DNA of 64,000 bases from Kiritimatiellia bacterium (GTDB lineage Bacteria > Verrucomicrobiota > Kiritimatiellia > RFP12 > UBA1067), in NCBI GenBank assembly GCA_050949565.1, contig JBMNFY010000017.1, forward strand, positions 1,376,001 to 1,440,000, written 5' to 3'. Below are positions 9,650-19,386 of this stretch, one piece after another (the first letter of the stretch is position 1; every line of letters starts with the position of its first letter). Position numbers and translations under genes: made by a program. The notes beneath the pieces were generated by a model. It searched no databases and was not told where the DNA came from. It saw only the letters and a list, made by a program, of their open reading frames with translations.

Positions 9650-10905
9650 CTGCCGAGCAACAGAAAAAATTCAAATACTGGCAGCGGCGCACGATCATCG
9701 CGACCATGTTCGGTTATGCGCTCTTCTACTTTGTCAGGAAGAACCTCAGCGTCGCGATGCCCGCGCTGTCAGAGGACCTGGGGATTTCCAAGGCCGACCT
9801 GGGGATTTTCCTGACGCTGCACGGATTGCTGTACGGCTTGTCGCGCTTTGTAAACGGCTATTGGGCGGACCGCATGAATGCGCGGATATTCATGACCGCA
9901 GGACTCGTGCTCTCCGCCATCATGAATATCGCGTTCGGTTGTCAGTCGCTGCCGGTGCTGCTGGGCGCGGCGTGGGTGTTGAACGGCTGGGTGCAAGGCA
10001 TGGGCTTCCCGCCGTGCGCGCGCTTGCTGACCCACTGGATACCGCCGGAACAACTGGCTACAAAGATGTCGTTCTGGAACACCTCGCACTCCATCGGGGC
10101 GAGCTTGGTCGTGGTTTTCTGCGGCGCGCTGGTGGGCTTCGGTTGGCGCTGGTGCTTTTTTGTACCTGCGGGTATTGCACTGGTCGGCGCGGGCATACTG
10201 TGGCTGGCGCTGCGTGACACGCCCTCATCGGTCGGACTGCCGGAACTGGGCGAAGTCGAGGCGCGCACAAAACAAAAAGAGAACACCGCCGAGTTCCGCG
10301 CCTTTTTGCGCAAGCATGTGTTTCGCAACCCGTCCATCTGGTTTCTCTCCTTCGCCAACTTCTTCGTCTACATCGTGCGCTATGCAGTGCTGGACTGGGG
10401 CCCCACCCTGCTGAAAGAATCGAAGGGACTCTCGATCGTCCACGCGAGCTGGATGGTGGCCGCCTTCGAGATCGCGGGCGTCGTGGGGATGGTCGCCGCA
10501 GGCTGGGCGACCGACCGCTTCTTCGGCGGACGCGGACCGCGCACCTGCGCGGTGTGCATGACGATGACCGCGCTGTTCGTCTTTCTTTTCTGGTGGCTGC
10601 CCTCGCCGTCGATCTGGCTGGCGACCGCCCTGCTGATGGGCGCCGGCTTTTTCATCTATGGTCCTCAGGCACTGATCGGCATCTCGGCGGCGAACCTGGC
10701 GACCAAACGCGCGGCGGCGACAGCCTCGGGCTTCACAGGCATCTTCGGTTATTTGAGCACGATTGTTTCGGGCTGGGGTCTGGGCTGGATCGCACACCAC
10801 CGTGGATGGGACGCGGTCCTTATGACCATGCTGGGCGCGGCGGCCATCGGCTTGCTGATGTTCATCTGCATCTGGCGCGAGAAACCCCACGGATATGAAA
10901 CGTGA
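9646..10905 (+). CDS. MFS organophosphate:phosphate antiporter (GlpT/UhpT/UhpC family)
   Basis: GYALFYFVRKNL, WNTSHSIG, GFFIYGPQALIG, ASGFTGIFGY. Confidence 0.93.
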   Translation: MTAEQQKKFKYWQRRTIIATMFGYALFYFVRKNLSVAMPALSEDLGISKADLGIFLTLHGLLYGLSRFVNGYWADRMNARIFMTAGLVLSAIMNIAFGCQSLPVLLGAAWVLNGWVQGMGFPPCARLLTHWIPPEQLATKMSFWNTSHSIGASLVVVFCGALVGFGWRWCFFVPAGIALVGAGILWLALRDTPSSVGLPELGEVEARTKQKENTAEFRAFLRKHVFRNPSIWFLSFANFFVYIVRYAVLDWGPTLLKESKGLSIVHASWMVAAFEIAGVVGMVAAGWATDRFFGGRGPRTCAVCMTMTALFVFLFWWLPSPSIWLATALLMGAGFFIYGPQALIGISAANLATKRAAATASGFTGIFGYLSTIVSGWGLGWIAHHRGWDAVLMTMLGAAAIGLLMFICIWREKPHGYET

Positions 10906-11723
10906 CACAGGAGAAAACGCTTCACATGTCTTTTGATCTCAACAAAAAAAAGGTGTTTGTGTGTGACCTCGACGGCACGCTGTTTATGGGACCGCACCCG
11001 ATCGAACCGGCGGTCCGCTTCGTGATCGACTCATGCAACAGCAAACGATTCGCCTTTTACTATCTGACCAACAACACTTCAAAGACGCCGGACGCCTACA
11101 TCAAAAAGATCGGCGGTGCGGGCATACCGGTCACCGAAGAGCAGATCCTGACGCCGTTGATCACACTCGAGAACTACATCCGCGAACAGGCTTGCCGCTC
11201 AGTGTATATGGTCGCCAGCGAAGCGGTGGTCGCCCATCTGCAAGGGCTGCTGCCGGATGTCTCCTTCGAGTTCGCGCCCGATCGCAACGAACTGATGGTA
11301 CTGGCGTATGACGCGGAACTGACCTACGAAAAGCTGCGCCGCCTGGCCGTCCTGTACAATGCCCGGCCTGAACTGGACTTCGTCGCTACGCACCCCGACA
11401 CCTGTTGTCCGAGCGAGCACGGTCCGATTCCAGATGTCGGCGGCATGCTCAAGCTGCTCAAAGCCACCAACGGCATGACGCCCAGACATATCTTCGGCAA
11501 GCCCTCACCCAGCCTGATGGACCCCGTGCTGAAACGCTTCGCACGCGAAGAGATCGCGGTGGTCGGCGACCGGCTCTATACCGACAAAGCCATGGCCGAC
11601 CGCGCCGGCGTGGACTTCGTCTGCGTGCTCTCCGGCGAAACCACCCGCGAAAGCCTCGCCGCCTACGACGGCCCTCCCCCCGCCGTGGTAGTTGAACAAT
11701 TCGGAGAATTGTTAGCTCATTAG
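10902..11723 (+). CDS. HAD-IIA family hydrolase (NagD-like)
   Basis: DLDGTL, LTNNTSK, GKPSP, VGDRLYTD, VLSGET. Confidence 0.92.
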   Translation: MTQEKTLHMSFDLNKKKVFVCDLDGTLFMGPHPIEPAVRFVIDSCNSKRFAFYYLTNNTSKTPDAYIKKIGGAGIPVTEEQILTPLITLENYIREQACRSVYMVASEAVVAHLQGLLPDVSFEFAPDRNELMVLAYDAELTYEKLRRLAVLYNARPELDFVATHPDTCCPSEHGPIPDVGGMLKLLKATNGMTPRHIFGKPSPSLMDPVLKRFAREEIAVVGDRLYTDKAMADRAGVDFVCVLSGETTRESLAAYDGPPPAVVVEQFGELLAH

Positions 11724-11930
11724 TGCGTTAGTGCGCCGCAAGTCGCAAGTCGCGGGTCGCCCGTCAACTTCTCTTGTTGCGACCACGCAGTGGCGCACAA
11801 CAGTGAGAGTAAAAGCAGGGCGGACGCGCTTTATTTAACGCAGAGGCGTAGGAGAGTTCTGAGTTCGGCGTTCGGCGTTCAGCGTTCAGCGTTCGGGCGC
11901 GGCGCATCTCGCGCCGCGCCCAAATCCTCC

Positions 11931-11959
11931 TTGCAGTTTAGGACCTCAGTCCGTAATAT
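11931..11959 (+). promoter_or_regulatory. Candidate sigma70 promoter of tRNA-Arg
   Basis: TTGCAG-N17-TAATAT, 15 nt upstream of the tRNA. Confidence 0.55.
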
Positions 11960-11974
11960 AAGAACCCGTTTTAC

Positions 11975-12051
11975 GCGCCTGTAGCTCAATTGGATAGAGT
12001 GTTGGCCTCCGAAGCCAAAGGTTGTGGGTTCAATCCCCGCCAGGCGCACCA
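11975..12051 (+). tRNA. tRNA-Arg(CCG)
   Basis: Cloverleaf: GCGCCTG/CAGGCGC acceptor, TTGGC-CT-CCG-AA-GCCAA anticodon arm, GTTCAAT T-loop, encoded CCA. Confidence 0.96.
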
Positions 12052-12555
12052 TCCGGAAATGAACCCGCGTTTGCAGACGTAAGTATCGTGTATACCGAGT
12101 CTTGCGCGGGTTCAATCTTTTTTTCGGGGGTGAGCGTAAGTTTGCCGAAAACGATCCGAACCAGGTCTTTTGTTTGGGCGACCGTGAGCCCCTCGATCAG
12201 CTCGGCTGGATTTGTAAACACGCCGATCAGGATGTCGATGCACTCGGAACGGTGGTCGGATGAAGCGTCGTGGGACTCCAGCCAGACGCGGTGTTCGGCC
12301 AGTTCGGAGGTCAGCCGGTCTTTTTCGGCGGCGTACTCTTCGGCCGAAAACACACCCTCCAGCAGTGCGCTGCGCAGCCGGGCAAGCTGCGGTTCAATCC
12401 GTGAGACGGCGCGCTGCCGACGGGCGCGCTCCGCACGATCCGGATCTTGCAGATCAAGGTCGTTAACGGCTCCTTTCAGAAGCTCCAAAAATGATGCGAT
12501 CTTGCCGAGGTCGGACAGCATGGCCTCGATCTGGGCGTGGATGTCGTCGCGGTTG
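12030..12555 (-). pseudogene. C-terminal remnant of a large serine recombinase (integrase)
   Basis: Coiled coil LARLRSALLEGVFSAEEYAAEKDRLTSEL; ends GAPGGD* inside the tRNA 3' end; no catalytic N-terminal domain. Confidence 0.72.
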
Positions 12556-12765
12556 CCGGGAGACAAGAGCGCAAAACTGGCGGCTTTAGAACCGTCGTTT
12601 GAAAATGGAGATGTCCACGTCTACGCGCCGGGATGCGGGAAGTGGCTCGATCTGTGGCGGGAACAATTCGCGTCCTTCCCTGACGGGAAGAAAGACGACT
12701 TCTGCGACGCAACGGCGGTCATGTTCCATTCGCACGCCAAGGGCGGCTCGACGATGCTGATTTGA
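12544..12765 (+). pseudogene. C-terminal remnant of terminase large subunit (end of nuclease domain)
   Basis: RLPGDK...LEPSFENGDVHV...FASFPDGKKDDFCDA, directly upstream of the portal gene; no ATPase domain. Confidence 0.82.
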
Positions 12766-12777
12766 CCGCGCGGCCAT
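12762..12777 (+). promoter_or_regulatory. TTGAC-N5-GGCCAT motif (putative phage late promoter)
   Basis: Further copies at 14299, 19462, 20552 and 24871; variants at 19568 and 28104. Confidence 0.65.
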
Positions 12778-12781
12778 TGCC

Positions 12782-14302
12782 ATGAGCAACATCATCAGTA
12801 CACGGATTCACCGCATCCTCGCGGCGCGGCGCGAACAGATCGCGCGGAACATCGCCGCGTGGAGGGGCGGCCAGCCGTACATCGATCTGCGGCTGTGGCG
12901 CGCTCCGAACGAATCAGAACTGTCGTGGACGGGCACGCGGTCAGAGAGCGGCAAGCAGGTGTTTGTGAGCGTCGGGCGGAAGCAACGCGCGGCGATGATC
13001 AACGACGCCGGCCGGGTGGTCAGCAAGATCACGCAGTATCTGTTCAAGACTCACGCTGACAGGACCGGCATCGACGATGCGTGGGGCAAGGACGTGACCG
13101 GGCGCGGGCAGAGCGTCGGCAGCTTCTGGGTGGATGTTTCGGAGTTACTGACCGCCGGGCAGTGGGTGTGGCTACAGGTGGACCGGCTCGGGCAGATCAA
13201 GGACCCGATCACGGGGGAGATGCGGCAGCGCACACTGCTGGAGAAGCAGCGCGACAGCGACCAGGTGCGGTGGACGGCGTGGCCGAGCCTTTCAGTTCCG
13301 GACTGGTCGTTTGACTCGGCTGGCAGGCTGCAGTGGGTGATCACCGAGGGCGAGCAGTACGTGAACGACGACCCGAAGGTCGAGGCGGAAACGTACAAGC
13401 TGCGTACGCTGTGGGAGCGGACGGCGGGCGGGTACCGTGTGACGCAGTACCGTTCGGGCAAGGACGGCGAAAGCGTCCAGATCGGCGATACGGTGGCCGT
13501 CATCGGCGACGGTTTGCCATTCGTGCTGGTCGGGAAGCCAGATGAAGCCCCGTGGTGGTTCGATGACGTGGAATCGATACAGGCGCAACTGCTGAACCTC
13601 GACAGCCTGCATTACGAGAACCTGGTCCGCACCGTTTTTCCGCAGCTCGTGATCCCGACCGGCATGCTGGATTCATTGCAGTCCAAGCTGATCGAGCGCG
13701 TCGGTGCGCAGAACGGAGAAAAGATCGTCGAGCTGGTCAAGGAGATCGTCCGCGGGCTCGACGCGCCGATTGTCGAGTCAGCGGACGAGGCGGGAGTGAC
13801 GCGGTTCATCATGCCCGCTGCGAGCGACCAGAAAACGATTCCGGACGAGCTTCAGCGCAAGCGGGCGCTGCTGTTCGATATGGTTGGCCTGTCGCTGTTC
13901 AACAAAGAGACGCGGCAGATTCAGACGGCGGAATCTAAGCAGTTTGACCAGCTTGACACTGAATCGACGCTGAAGCACCGCGCCATCATCATGCAGGCGG
14001 CAGAGGAACGTCTGGTGGAAATCACGCTGAAGGTTGACCCGACGTTCGCGAAGTACACTCCGGTATGGCCGACATCGTTTGACGTGGTGGACGTGGAGTC
14101 CGACAGCGCGGCGATCGCCATGATCGGCAACCTGCCGGACATCACGCTGAGCATGCGCAAGATCGTTCTGCTGGCAGCCCTCCGGATCATCTCCGAGCGC
14201 GGCGGGTACGATCAGGACCTCATCGAGAAGGCGCGCCAGGAGATCAAGGACATCGCGGAAGAGCCGCCCGTAGAAGCAGGCGGCGACGGCCTCGATTTTT
14301 GA
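12782..14302 (+). CDS. Phage portal protein
   Basis: 506 aa between terminase and scaffold; TAESKQFDQLDTESTL resembles SPP1-type portal segments. Confidence 0.78.
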   Translation: MSNIISTRIHRILAARREQIARNIAAWRGGQPYIDLRLWRAPNESELSWTGTRSESGKQVFVSVGRKQRAAMINDAGRVVSKITQYLFKTHADRTGIDDAWGKDVTGRGQSVGSFWVDVSELLTAGQWVWLQVDRLGQIKDPITGEMRQRTLLEKQRDSDQVRWTAWPSLSVPDWSFDSAGRLQWVITEGEQYVNDDPKVEAETYKLRTLWERTAGGYRVTQYRSGKDGESVQIGDTVAVIGDGLPFVLVGKPDEAPWWFDDVESIQAQLLNLDSLHYENLVRTVFPQLVIPTGMLDSLQSKLIERVGAQNGEKIVELVKEIVRGLDAPIVESADEAGVTRFIMPAASDQKTIPDELQRKRALLFDMVGLSLFNKETRQIQTAESKQFDQLDTESTLKHRAIIMQAAEERLVEITLKVDPTFAKYTPVWPTSFDVVDVESDSAAIAMIGNLPDITLSMRKIVLLAALRIISERGGYDQDLIEKARQEIKDIAEEPPVEAGGDGLDF

Positions 14303-14400
14303 CGCACAGGCCATCATTACCCAATCGCTGGCTCCGCAGGGCGTGTCTACTGCGGTGAAACGACGCGGCGTATTCCGCGCGACAACGGAGACAGGTATCC

Positions 14401-15093
14401 ATGAACATCAAGGACATTCTCGCCAAACTTGCCAAGGGAGAGGAACTCACGGACGCTGAGAAAGCCTTCCTGAAAACGTACGATCCCGACAAGGAAAAGA
14501 ACGATGCGGCGGCGGCCGCCCGGCGCAAGGCCGAAGAGGAAGCGGCAGCGCTGAAGGCGGAAAACGCCGAGCTGAAAAAGAAGGCCGACGAGGCGAAGAA
14601 GGCGGAGGACGAAGCGAAGAAATCGCAGATGACCGCCGACCAGAAACGCGACGCCGAGTTCGCCGAACTGAAGGCGAAGATCGAGGGTTTGGAGAAGGCC
14701 AAGACGGACGCCGAGCAGAAGGCGGCAGCCGTTCAGCGGTCGCAGACCATCCGCGACGCGGCGAAGGCCGCGGGCATCGCGCTCGCTCCGAAAACCGTAT
14801 CCGAGACACTGTTCTACCAGATGCTGGAGGCGACACTCTCCGGAATCGACATCACCAACCAAGAGGCGCTCACGGCGGCGCTCGACAAGTTCAAGACCGA
14901 GAACCCCGGCATTATCACCGCCCCCGGCAACGGCAGCGGCGTGAATCCCGGCGACCCGGCGAACAGCGACAAGTCGGGCAAAAACCCGTGGGCGAAGGAC
15001 ACGTTCAATCTGAGCGAGCAGGTCACGCTGCTCGAAAAAGACCCGGACAAGGCGCGCGCGCTCGCGGCCGAGGCCGGCGTCAAACTTGAGTAA
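14401..15093 (+). CDS. Phage capsid scaffolding protein
   Basis: Ala/Lys/Glu-rich coiled coil; C-terminal KNPWAKDTFNLSEQ...DPDKARALAAEAG; directly before the capsid gene. Confidence 0.85.
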   Translation: MNIKDILAKLAKGEELTDAEKAFLKTYDPDKEKNDAAAAARRKAEEEAAALKAENAELKKKADEAKKAEDEAKKSQMTADQKRDAEFAELKAKIEGLEKAKTDAEQKAAAVQRSQTIRDAAKAAGIALAPKTVSETLFYQMLEATLSGIDITNQEALTAALDKFKTENPGIITAPGNGSGVNPGDPANSDKSGKNPWAKDTFNLSEQVTLLEKDPDKARALAAEAGVKLE

Positions 15094-15107
15094 AGGAGCA
15101 AGTCGTT

Positions 15108-16100
15108 ATGGCTGCAACAGTACTACAGGACATTGTATTCAACAACGCATTCGCGTTGTATTTCCACCGCGCCGTGACCGAGCTTTCGGCGCTGGTGCAA
15201 TCCGGCATCGCGGCGGTCGATCCGCGCATCGCGGCGTTGTGCGCCGAGGCCGGATTCGGCGGCAAGACGGTAAACCTGCCGTTTTGGAATGCGCTCGACG
15301 GCGACGACGAAGTGACTCCGGACGGAGAGGATATCGGCGTCAGCCCGCTGACCGCCGGGCAGGACGTGGCGGTCATCCTGCGCCGCAGCAAGGCATGGGG
15401 CGTCACAGACCTGGCGGTCGAGATCGCCGGCGACGATCCCATGAAAACCCTCGCCGACAAACTCGCCAACTATTGGAACCGCCGCCGCCAGAAAGCGCTG
15501 TTCGCCCAGTTGACGGGTGTGTTCGCGAACAACGTCGCCGAAAACGACAGCGACCTTGTGCTCGACATCAGCGGCGAGACCGGAGATGACGCGCTGCTGT
15601 CGAAAGACACGCTGTTGTATGCGGCTCAACTGCTTGGCGACGCCAAGGGCGGTTTGACCGCCGTCGCTATGCACTCGATGTGCGAGACGGTTCTGAACAC
15701 CGGCAACACCGGCAACCTGTTCAAGCCGGCCGATTCTCCGGCCACGCTGCCCACCTACAACGGCCGCAAGATCGTGATGGACGACGGGTGCCCGTACAAC
15801 CCGACCACCAAAGTCGCCGACATTTACCTGTTCGGCGCAGGTGCTGTCGCGTTGAACCCTGTGCCGTCGCGAAGGCCGTTCGAGGTTGGACGCGCGCCGC
15901 TCTCAAGCACGGATCTGGTTGTTTCGCGGCAGGCGTGGATTTCGCACCTGCGCGGCATCAAATGGAATCCGGCTCAGGGGGTGCCTGCGGGCGCGACGCC
16001 CACTAACGCGGAGCTGGCCGATGGCGCCAACTGGTCGCGTGTGTACGACAAGAAGGAAATCCGCGTCGTCAAGCTGCGCTGCAAGCTCGCGGCGTCGTAA
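15108..16100 (+). CDS. Major capsid protein
   Basis: SALVQSGI, GKTVNLPFWNALDG, RSKAWG, GDDPM, AVAMHS, PTNAELADGANWSRVYDKKEI. Confidence 0.9.
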   Translation: MAATVLQDIVFNNAFALYFHRAVTELSALVQSGIAAVDPRIAALCAEAGFGGKTVNLPFWNALDGDDEVTPDGEDIGVSPLTAGQDVAVILRRSKAWGVTDLAVEIAGDDPMKTLADKLANYWNRRRQKALFAQLTGVFANNVAENDSDLVLDISGETGDDALLSKDTLLYAAQLLGDAKGGLTAVAMHSMCETVLNTGNTGNLFKPADSPATLPTYNGRKIVMDDGCPYNPTTKVADIYLFGAGAVALNPVPSRRPFEVGRAPLSSTDLVVSRQAWISHLRGIKWNPAQGVPAGATPTNAELADGANWSRVYDKKEIRVVKLRCKLAAS

Positions 16101-16169
16101 TCCGCACGGGGCGGCGTCTGCCAATTCCGGACGCGCCCCGCTTTTCTCACTCCAACGGAGACGAATTGT

Positions 16170-16589
16170 ATGAAAAAGATGTTCCTGATTCTGGCGTTTC
16201 TCGTGGCCGTCGCGGGCTACGTGGACATGGCCGCGGCAGCGCCGGCGGCAAGCGACGTAGTATGCAACGACAAGCTGATCCCGACCAACAAGGTCGTGAG
16301 TTTCACGCTGTCGCAACGGTACACCTCGCGCCCGATCTGGCTGAACGTGGACGCGGCCTATCCCGACAACGGGACGGTGACCGTCCGCTGGTTGCACCAC
16401 CGTGCCGACGGCACGGTGCAGACCAACACGGCCGGCGCGATCTCGCTCACGTCCGGAGCGGTGAGCACGAACCTCGCGTCGCTGTTCACGCAGTACTGCT
16501 ATCCCGGCGAACCGGTGAGCGTGATTTTCAGCACGGCGACCAACGGCGCTTTGCAGGTGGTCGGCGAACTGTACGGATCTCGGAAATAG
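16170..16589 (+). CDS. Phage protein with predicted Sec signal peptide
   Basis: MKKMFLILAFLVAVAGYVDMAAAA N-terminus; beta-rich mature part; GGAG RBS. Confidence 0.7.
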   Translation: MKKMFLILAFLVAVAGYVDMAAAAPAASDVVCNDKLIPTNKVVSFTLSQRYTSRPIWLNVDAAYPDNGTVTVRWLHHRADGTVQTNTAGAISLTSGAVSTNLASLFTQYCYPGEPVSVIFSTATNGALQVVGELYGSRK

Positions 16590-16598
16590 GAGGCTTCC

Positions 16599-16853
16599 AT
16601 GGCTGAGAAGAAACCCAACGACACACTCTCACTCTACCGGTCGCACTGCCAGGCGGCGCGCAACCGGGCAGACGCGGCGCTTGCGAAAGCCGTTGCCGCC
16701 GTTCTGCCGAAGCAGCTCGCTGCCGACGGCGACAAGCCACCCATCCCCCCGCCCGGCGGGGATAAAACGAACCCTGACCCGGACGCGGACAAATCCGCCG
16801 ACGCGCCGAAGCCTGCGCCGAAGCCTGCGCCGACGGGCAAGAAGCGCGGGTAA
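16599..16853 (+). CDS. Small phage protein, Pro/Ala/Lys-rich
   Basis: AGGAGG RBS; lies in the head module. Confidence 0.65.
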   Translation: MAEKKPNDTLSLYRSHCQAARNRADAALAKAVAAVLPKQLAADGDKPPIPPPGGDKTNPDPDADKSADAPKPAPKPAPTGKKRG

Positions 16854-16877
16854 CCAAATTAACCCCCCAATGAACGC

Positions 16878-16919
16878 GCCGCTCCGGCATGGGACCCCCC
16901 GTGACGGGGCGGCTTTTTT
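16878..16919 (+). terminator. Intrinsic terminator
   Basis: GCCGCTCC...GGGGCGGC hairpin followed by TTTTTT. Confidence 0.65.
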
Positions 16920-16929
16920 GTGAGGCACC

Positions 16930-17316
16930 ATGATTTCTTTCGACAGAGCGCAAACCTACTTCGGAGCAGAGAACCACCACAAGGCGGCCGTGTGGTCGGC
17001 GTTCGGACAGGCGCACAGGACAGGCGCGATCGCGGCGGCGCGGCGCGTGTTGTCGCGCGGGCTCGGCCGCTCGATGGATGAAAACGAACCTGCCTACAAA
17101 GAGGGCGACAGGACGCGCGACGAGTACGCCGTGTACGAACAGGCGTTGTGGATGCTGGAGAACGGGCAGGTGGCCGACGCCGACGGAAACGACCCTGTGC
17201 CGGTCTTGACCGGACGCCCGGACACGGAAGACGTGCGCAGCACAAGCGCATCGGTGTACGCGCCCGAGGCATTGCGATGGCTAGGCATGACAGGCGGCGC
17301 GGTGATCAGGGGGTGA
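16930..17316 (+). CDS. Putative head-tail connector protein
   Basis: AQTYF...W...AVYEQALWML pattern; position in the module. Confidence 0.65.
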   Translation: MISFDRAQTYFGAENHHKAAVWSAFGQAHRTGAIAAARRVLSRGLGRSMDENEPAYKEGDRTRDEYAVYEQALWMLENGQVADADGNDPVPVLTGRPDTEDVRSTSASVYAPEALRWLGMTGGAVIRG

Positions 17317-17319
17317 GAC

Positions 17320-17505
17320 GTGACGAGCATCAGCGTTAGGTTCACGCCCGGTCAGACGGTCGTTATTTTGGCTCTGAATGTCCAGGGATTCATCGAAAAC
17401 GTGCTGATCAGTCGCGGCAATGTAATCCGGTATGACGTGACCTATTGGTTCAACGGCAATCGCGAAACAAAATGCCTGACAGAGGAAGAGATCGATGCCG
17501 TCTAG
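17320..17505 (+). CDS. Small hypothetical phage protein
   Basis: 61-aa ORF coupled to both neighbours. Confidence 0.55.
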   Translation: MTSISVRFTPGQTVVILALNVQGFIENVLISRGNVIRYDVTYWFNGNRETKCLTEEEIDAV

Positions 17506-19219
17506 TCTCCCGCCACCTCTCCGGAAGCTACGCGCGTACCAGACGCGCACGATGGCCGATCTCATGCGCGAACTGAAACGCGCCCGCAAAGAGGTGCGCG
17601 CGGCGATCGCGCTGGCCGCGGCGAAGGCAAAGGCAGCATCGAGCGCGAAGGAACGCGAGGAACTGTACGCGGAGATCGAAGAGAAGTACAGGGAGCTGGC
17701 CGAAAACATTGATGCGCAGATCAGAAAACTGACCGGCATTGCGGCGAAGGCGGGACATGACACGGCGTTGGCGGACATTGCGGATCGCGCGAAAATAACA
17801 GCTTACGACCCGGAACGCGCCGAGCGTTATTTCCAGCTCGTCCACCCGTCTAACGCGCAAAATCTGGCAGCCGTGTTCACCGACCAGATGAGCAGGCGGA
17901 CGGTCGAATCGTTACGGTTCGCCGTTGTTGATGCGTTCCGGCGCGGCGCGATCGAGGGCCTGTCCGCCAACGAGATGCAGCGGGCGATCCGCGACAAATG
18001 GGACGCGCTCGCCGGCAGCGAAGACCCGTTCCGGTTTGTTGATCGCGCGGGGCGCCGGTGGGAGGGCGCGCGATACCTGCAGATGGTGACGCGCACAACA
18101 GCGCAGCGCGTGGCCATCGAGAGCAGCATCGACACTTTTACGGCCAACGGCTACGAGTTGGCGCAGATCAGTCGAGGCGGCGACGGCGAATGCCCGATCT
18201 GCGCAGCGTGGGAAGGGCGTATCATCCAGATGGCCGGAAAATCGAAACGCTGGCCGACGTATGCCGAGGCGCGCGCGGCGGGCATGTTCCATCCCAACTG
18301 CGTCCATCGGCTGCTTCCCGTGGACAGCCTGGTGGACGCAGACGAGATCGAGCAGCAGGGGCGGATCACCAAGCCGACGGCCGACCAAATGGCAGACCCG
18401 GAGTTCATGCAGGCGCAGCACGACCAGATCGACGAGGCGCGATACATGGCCACAGGATTGACGGAAGAGGACGCCAGACGCGCCGTGACCGCCGACCGGC
18501 TGGAGAAGGCAATCAGAAGCGGGACATTTTCCGACGCAGCAGCAGAGGCAGCACGCATGCTTTCGCCGGAGCAGATCGACATGATCAGAGAGCGCGGCAT
18601 CCCGAAGTTTGAACAGGCGCGAAACAACGAGCAGCCGGGGACAAAATTTCAAGGCCGGCTTTTGACACCGCGCAACCCAAACGCCGACGACATTTTGCGG
18701 GTGCTCGGGCTGCCCAAGAGCGGGGGCGACACATCTCCGAAGCCGACACCGAAACCCCCTCCAAGCCTGAAACGCCTGGAGGGGAAGATCGGCGACTGGA
18801 AATCGTTGGGACTCGAAAAAGGGGAGTCCATGAAGGCCGACAACCGCGAGCCGCTCGTATCGGCAAAAGATGCCAGAGCGCGCATCGCCGCCGGTGAGAG
18901 TGTCGAGAATCCGATCGGGGAAACGTTGGCGTTTGACACCGTGACGCTCAAGTACTTGCTGAAATCAGACAGGAAGCCAAGCGATGTCCAGAAACGTTTG
19001 GCCGAGATGGATCAAGCGAAGGCGACGGTGGCGGCTCCGCATGAAATCTGGAAAGACCCGAAGACGGGGCGCAAGAAGTACATCCGTTTCGTCAAGGGCA
19101 GCGGCGGCAACATAGTCGTCAATGTCGTGGATCACAAGGGCAGGCATATCTATAGCTGGCACACGAACGAGCGCAGCCTGAACCATTGGAGAAAAGGGAC
19201 GCTGGTCTACGTCAGGTAA
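17495..19219 (+). CDS. Minor capsid (MuF-like) protein with C-terminal PBECR2-like RNase/toxin domain
   Basis: FVDRAGRRW, CPICAAWEGRI, GMFHPNCVHRL; Pro-rich linker; C-terminal PHEIW...KYIRF...WRKGTLVYVR. Confidence 0.8.
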   Translation: MPSSLPPPLRKLRAYQTRTMADLMRELKRARKEVRAAIALAAAKAKAASSAKEREELYAEIEEKYRELAENIDAQIRKLTGIAAKAGHDTALADIADRAKITAYDPERAERYFQLVHPSNAQNLAAVFTDQMSRRTVESLRFAVVDAFRRGAIEGLSANEMQRAIRDKWDALAGSEDPFRFVDRAGRRWEGARYLQMVTRTTAQRVAIESSIDTFTANGYELAQISRGGDGECPICAAWEGRIIQMAGKSKRWPTYAEARAAGMFHPNCVHRLLPVDSLVDADEIEQQGRITKPTADQMADPEFMQAQHDQIDEARYMATGLTEEDARRAVTADRLEKAIRSGTFSDAAAEAARMLSPEQIDMIRERGIPKFEQARNNEQPGTKFQGRLLTPRNPNADDILRVLGLPKSGGDTSPKPTPKPPPSLKRLEGKIGDWKSLGLEKGESMKADNREPLVSAKDARARIAAGESVENPIGETLAFDTVTLKYLLKSDRKPSDVQKRLAEMDQAKATVAAPHEIWKDPKTGRKKYIRFVKGSGGNIVVNVVDHKGRHIYSWHTNERSLNHWRKGTLVYVR

Positions 19220-19380
19220 AAAAATGGCGGGCCCCCTTTCAAGGTCCCGCCTGAAGGTTAGACTCGCGCCCCCTTCCATGGACACGGGGGACTGTGCCGC
19301 CCCCCCCCAGCAACATCCGGTCGCAGCCTGGCACGGCTACCGGATCGCCCCTTACGGGTAGTCGGAGACTTTCCCGTAGC
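19218..19380 (-). ncRNA. Candidate ~160-nt structured antisense sRNA convergent on the toxin gene
   Basis: Minus-strand TTGACA-N18-TATCTT promoter; three hairpins and a possible pseudoknot; GAAA-loop terminator hairpin followed by U7. Confidence 0.6.
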
Positions 19381-19386
19381 AGTGTT

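Noticed and set aside
12022-12765. 247-aa ORF as a real gene
   Set aside because: It is a chimera of integrase antisense sequence and the terminase C-terminus, and it starts inside the tRNA.
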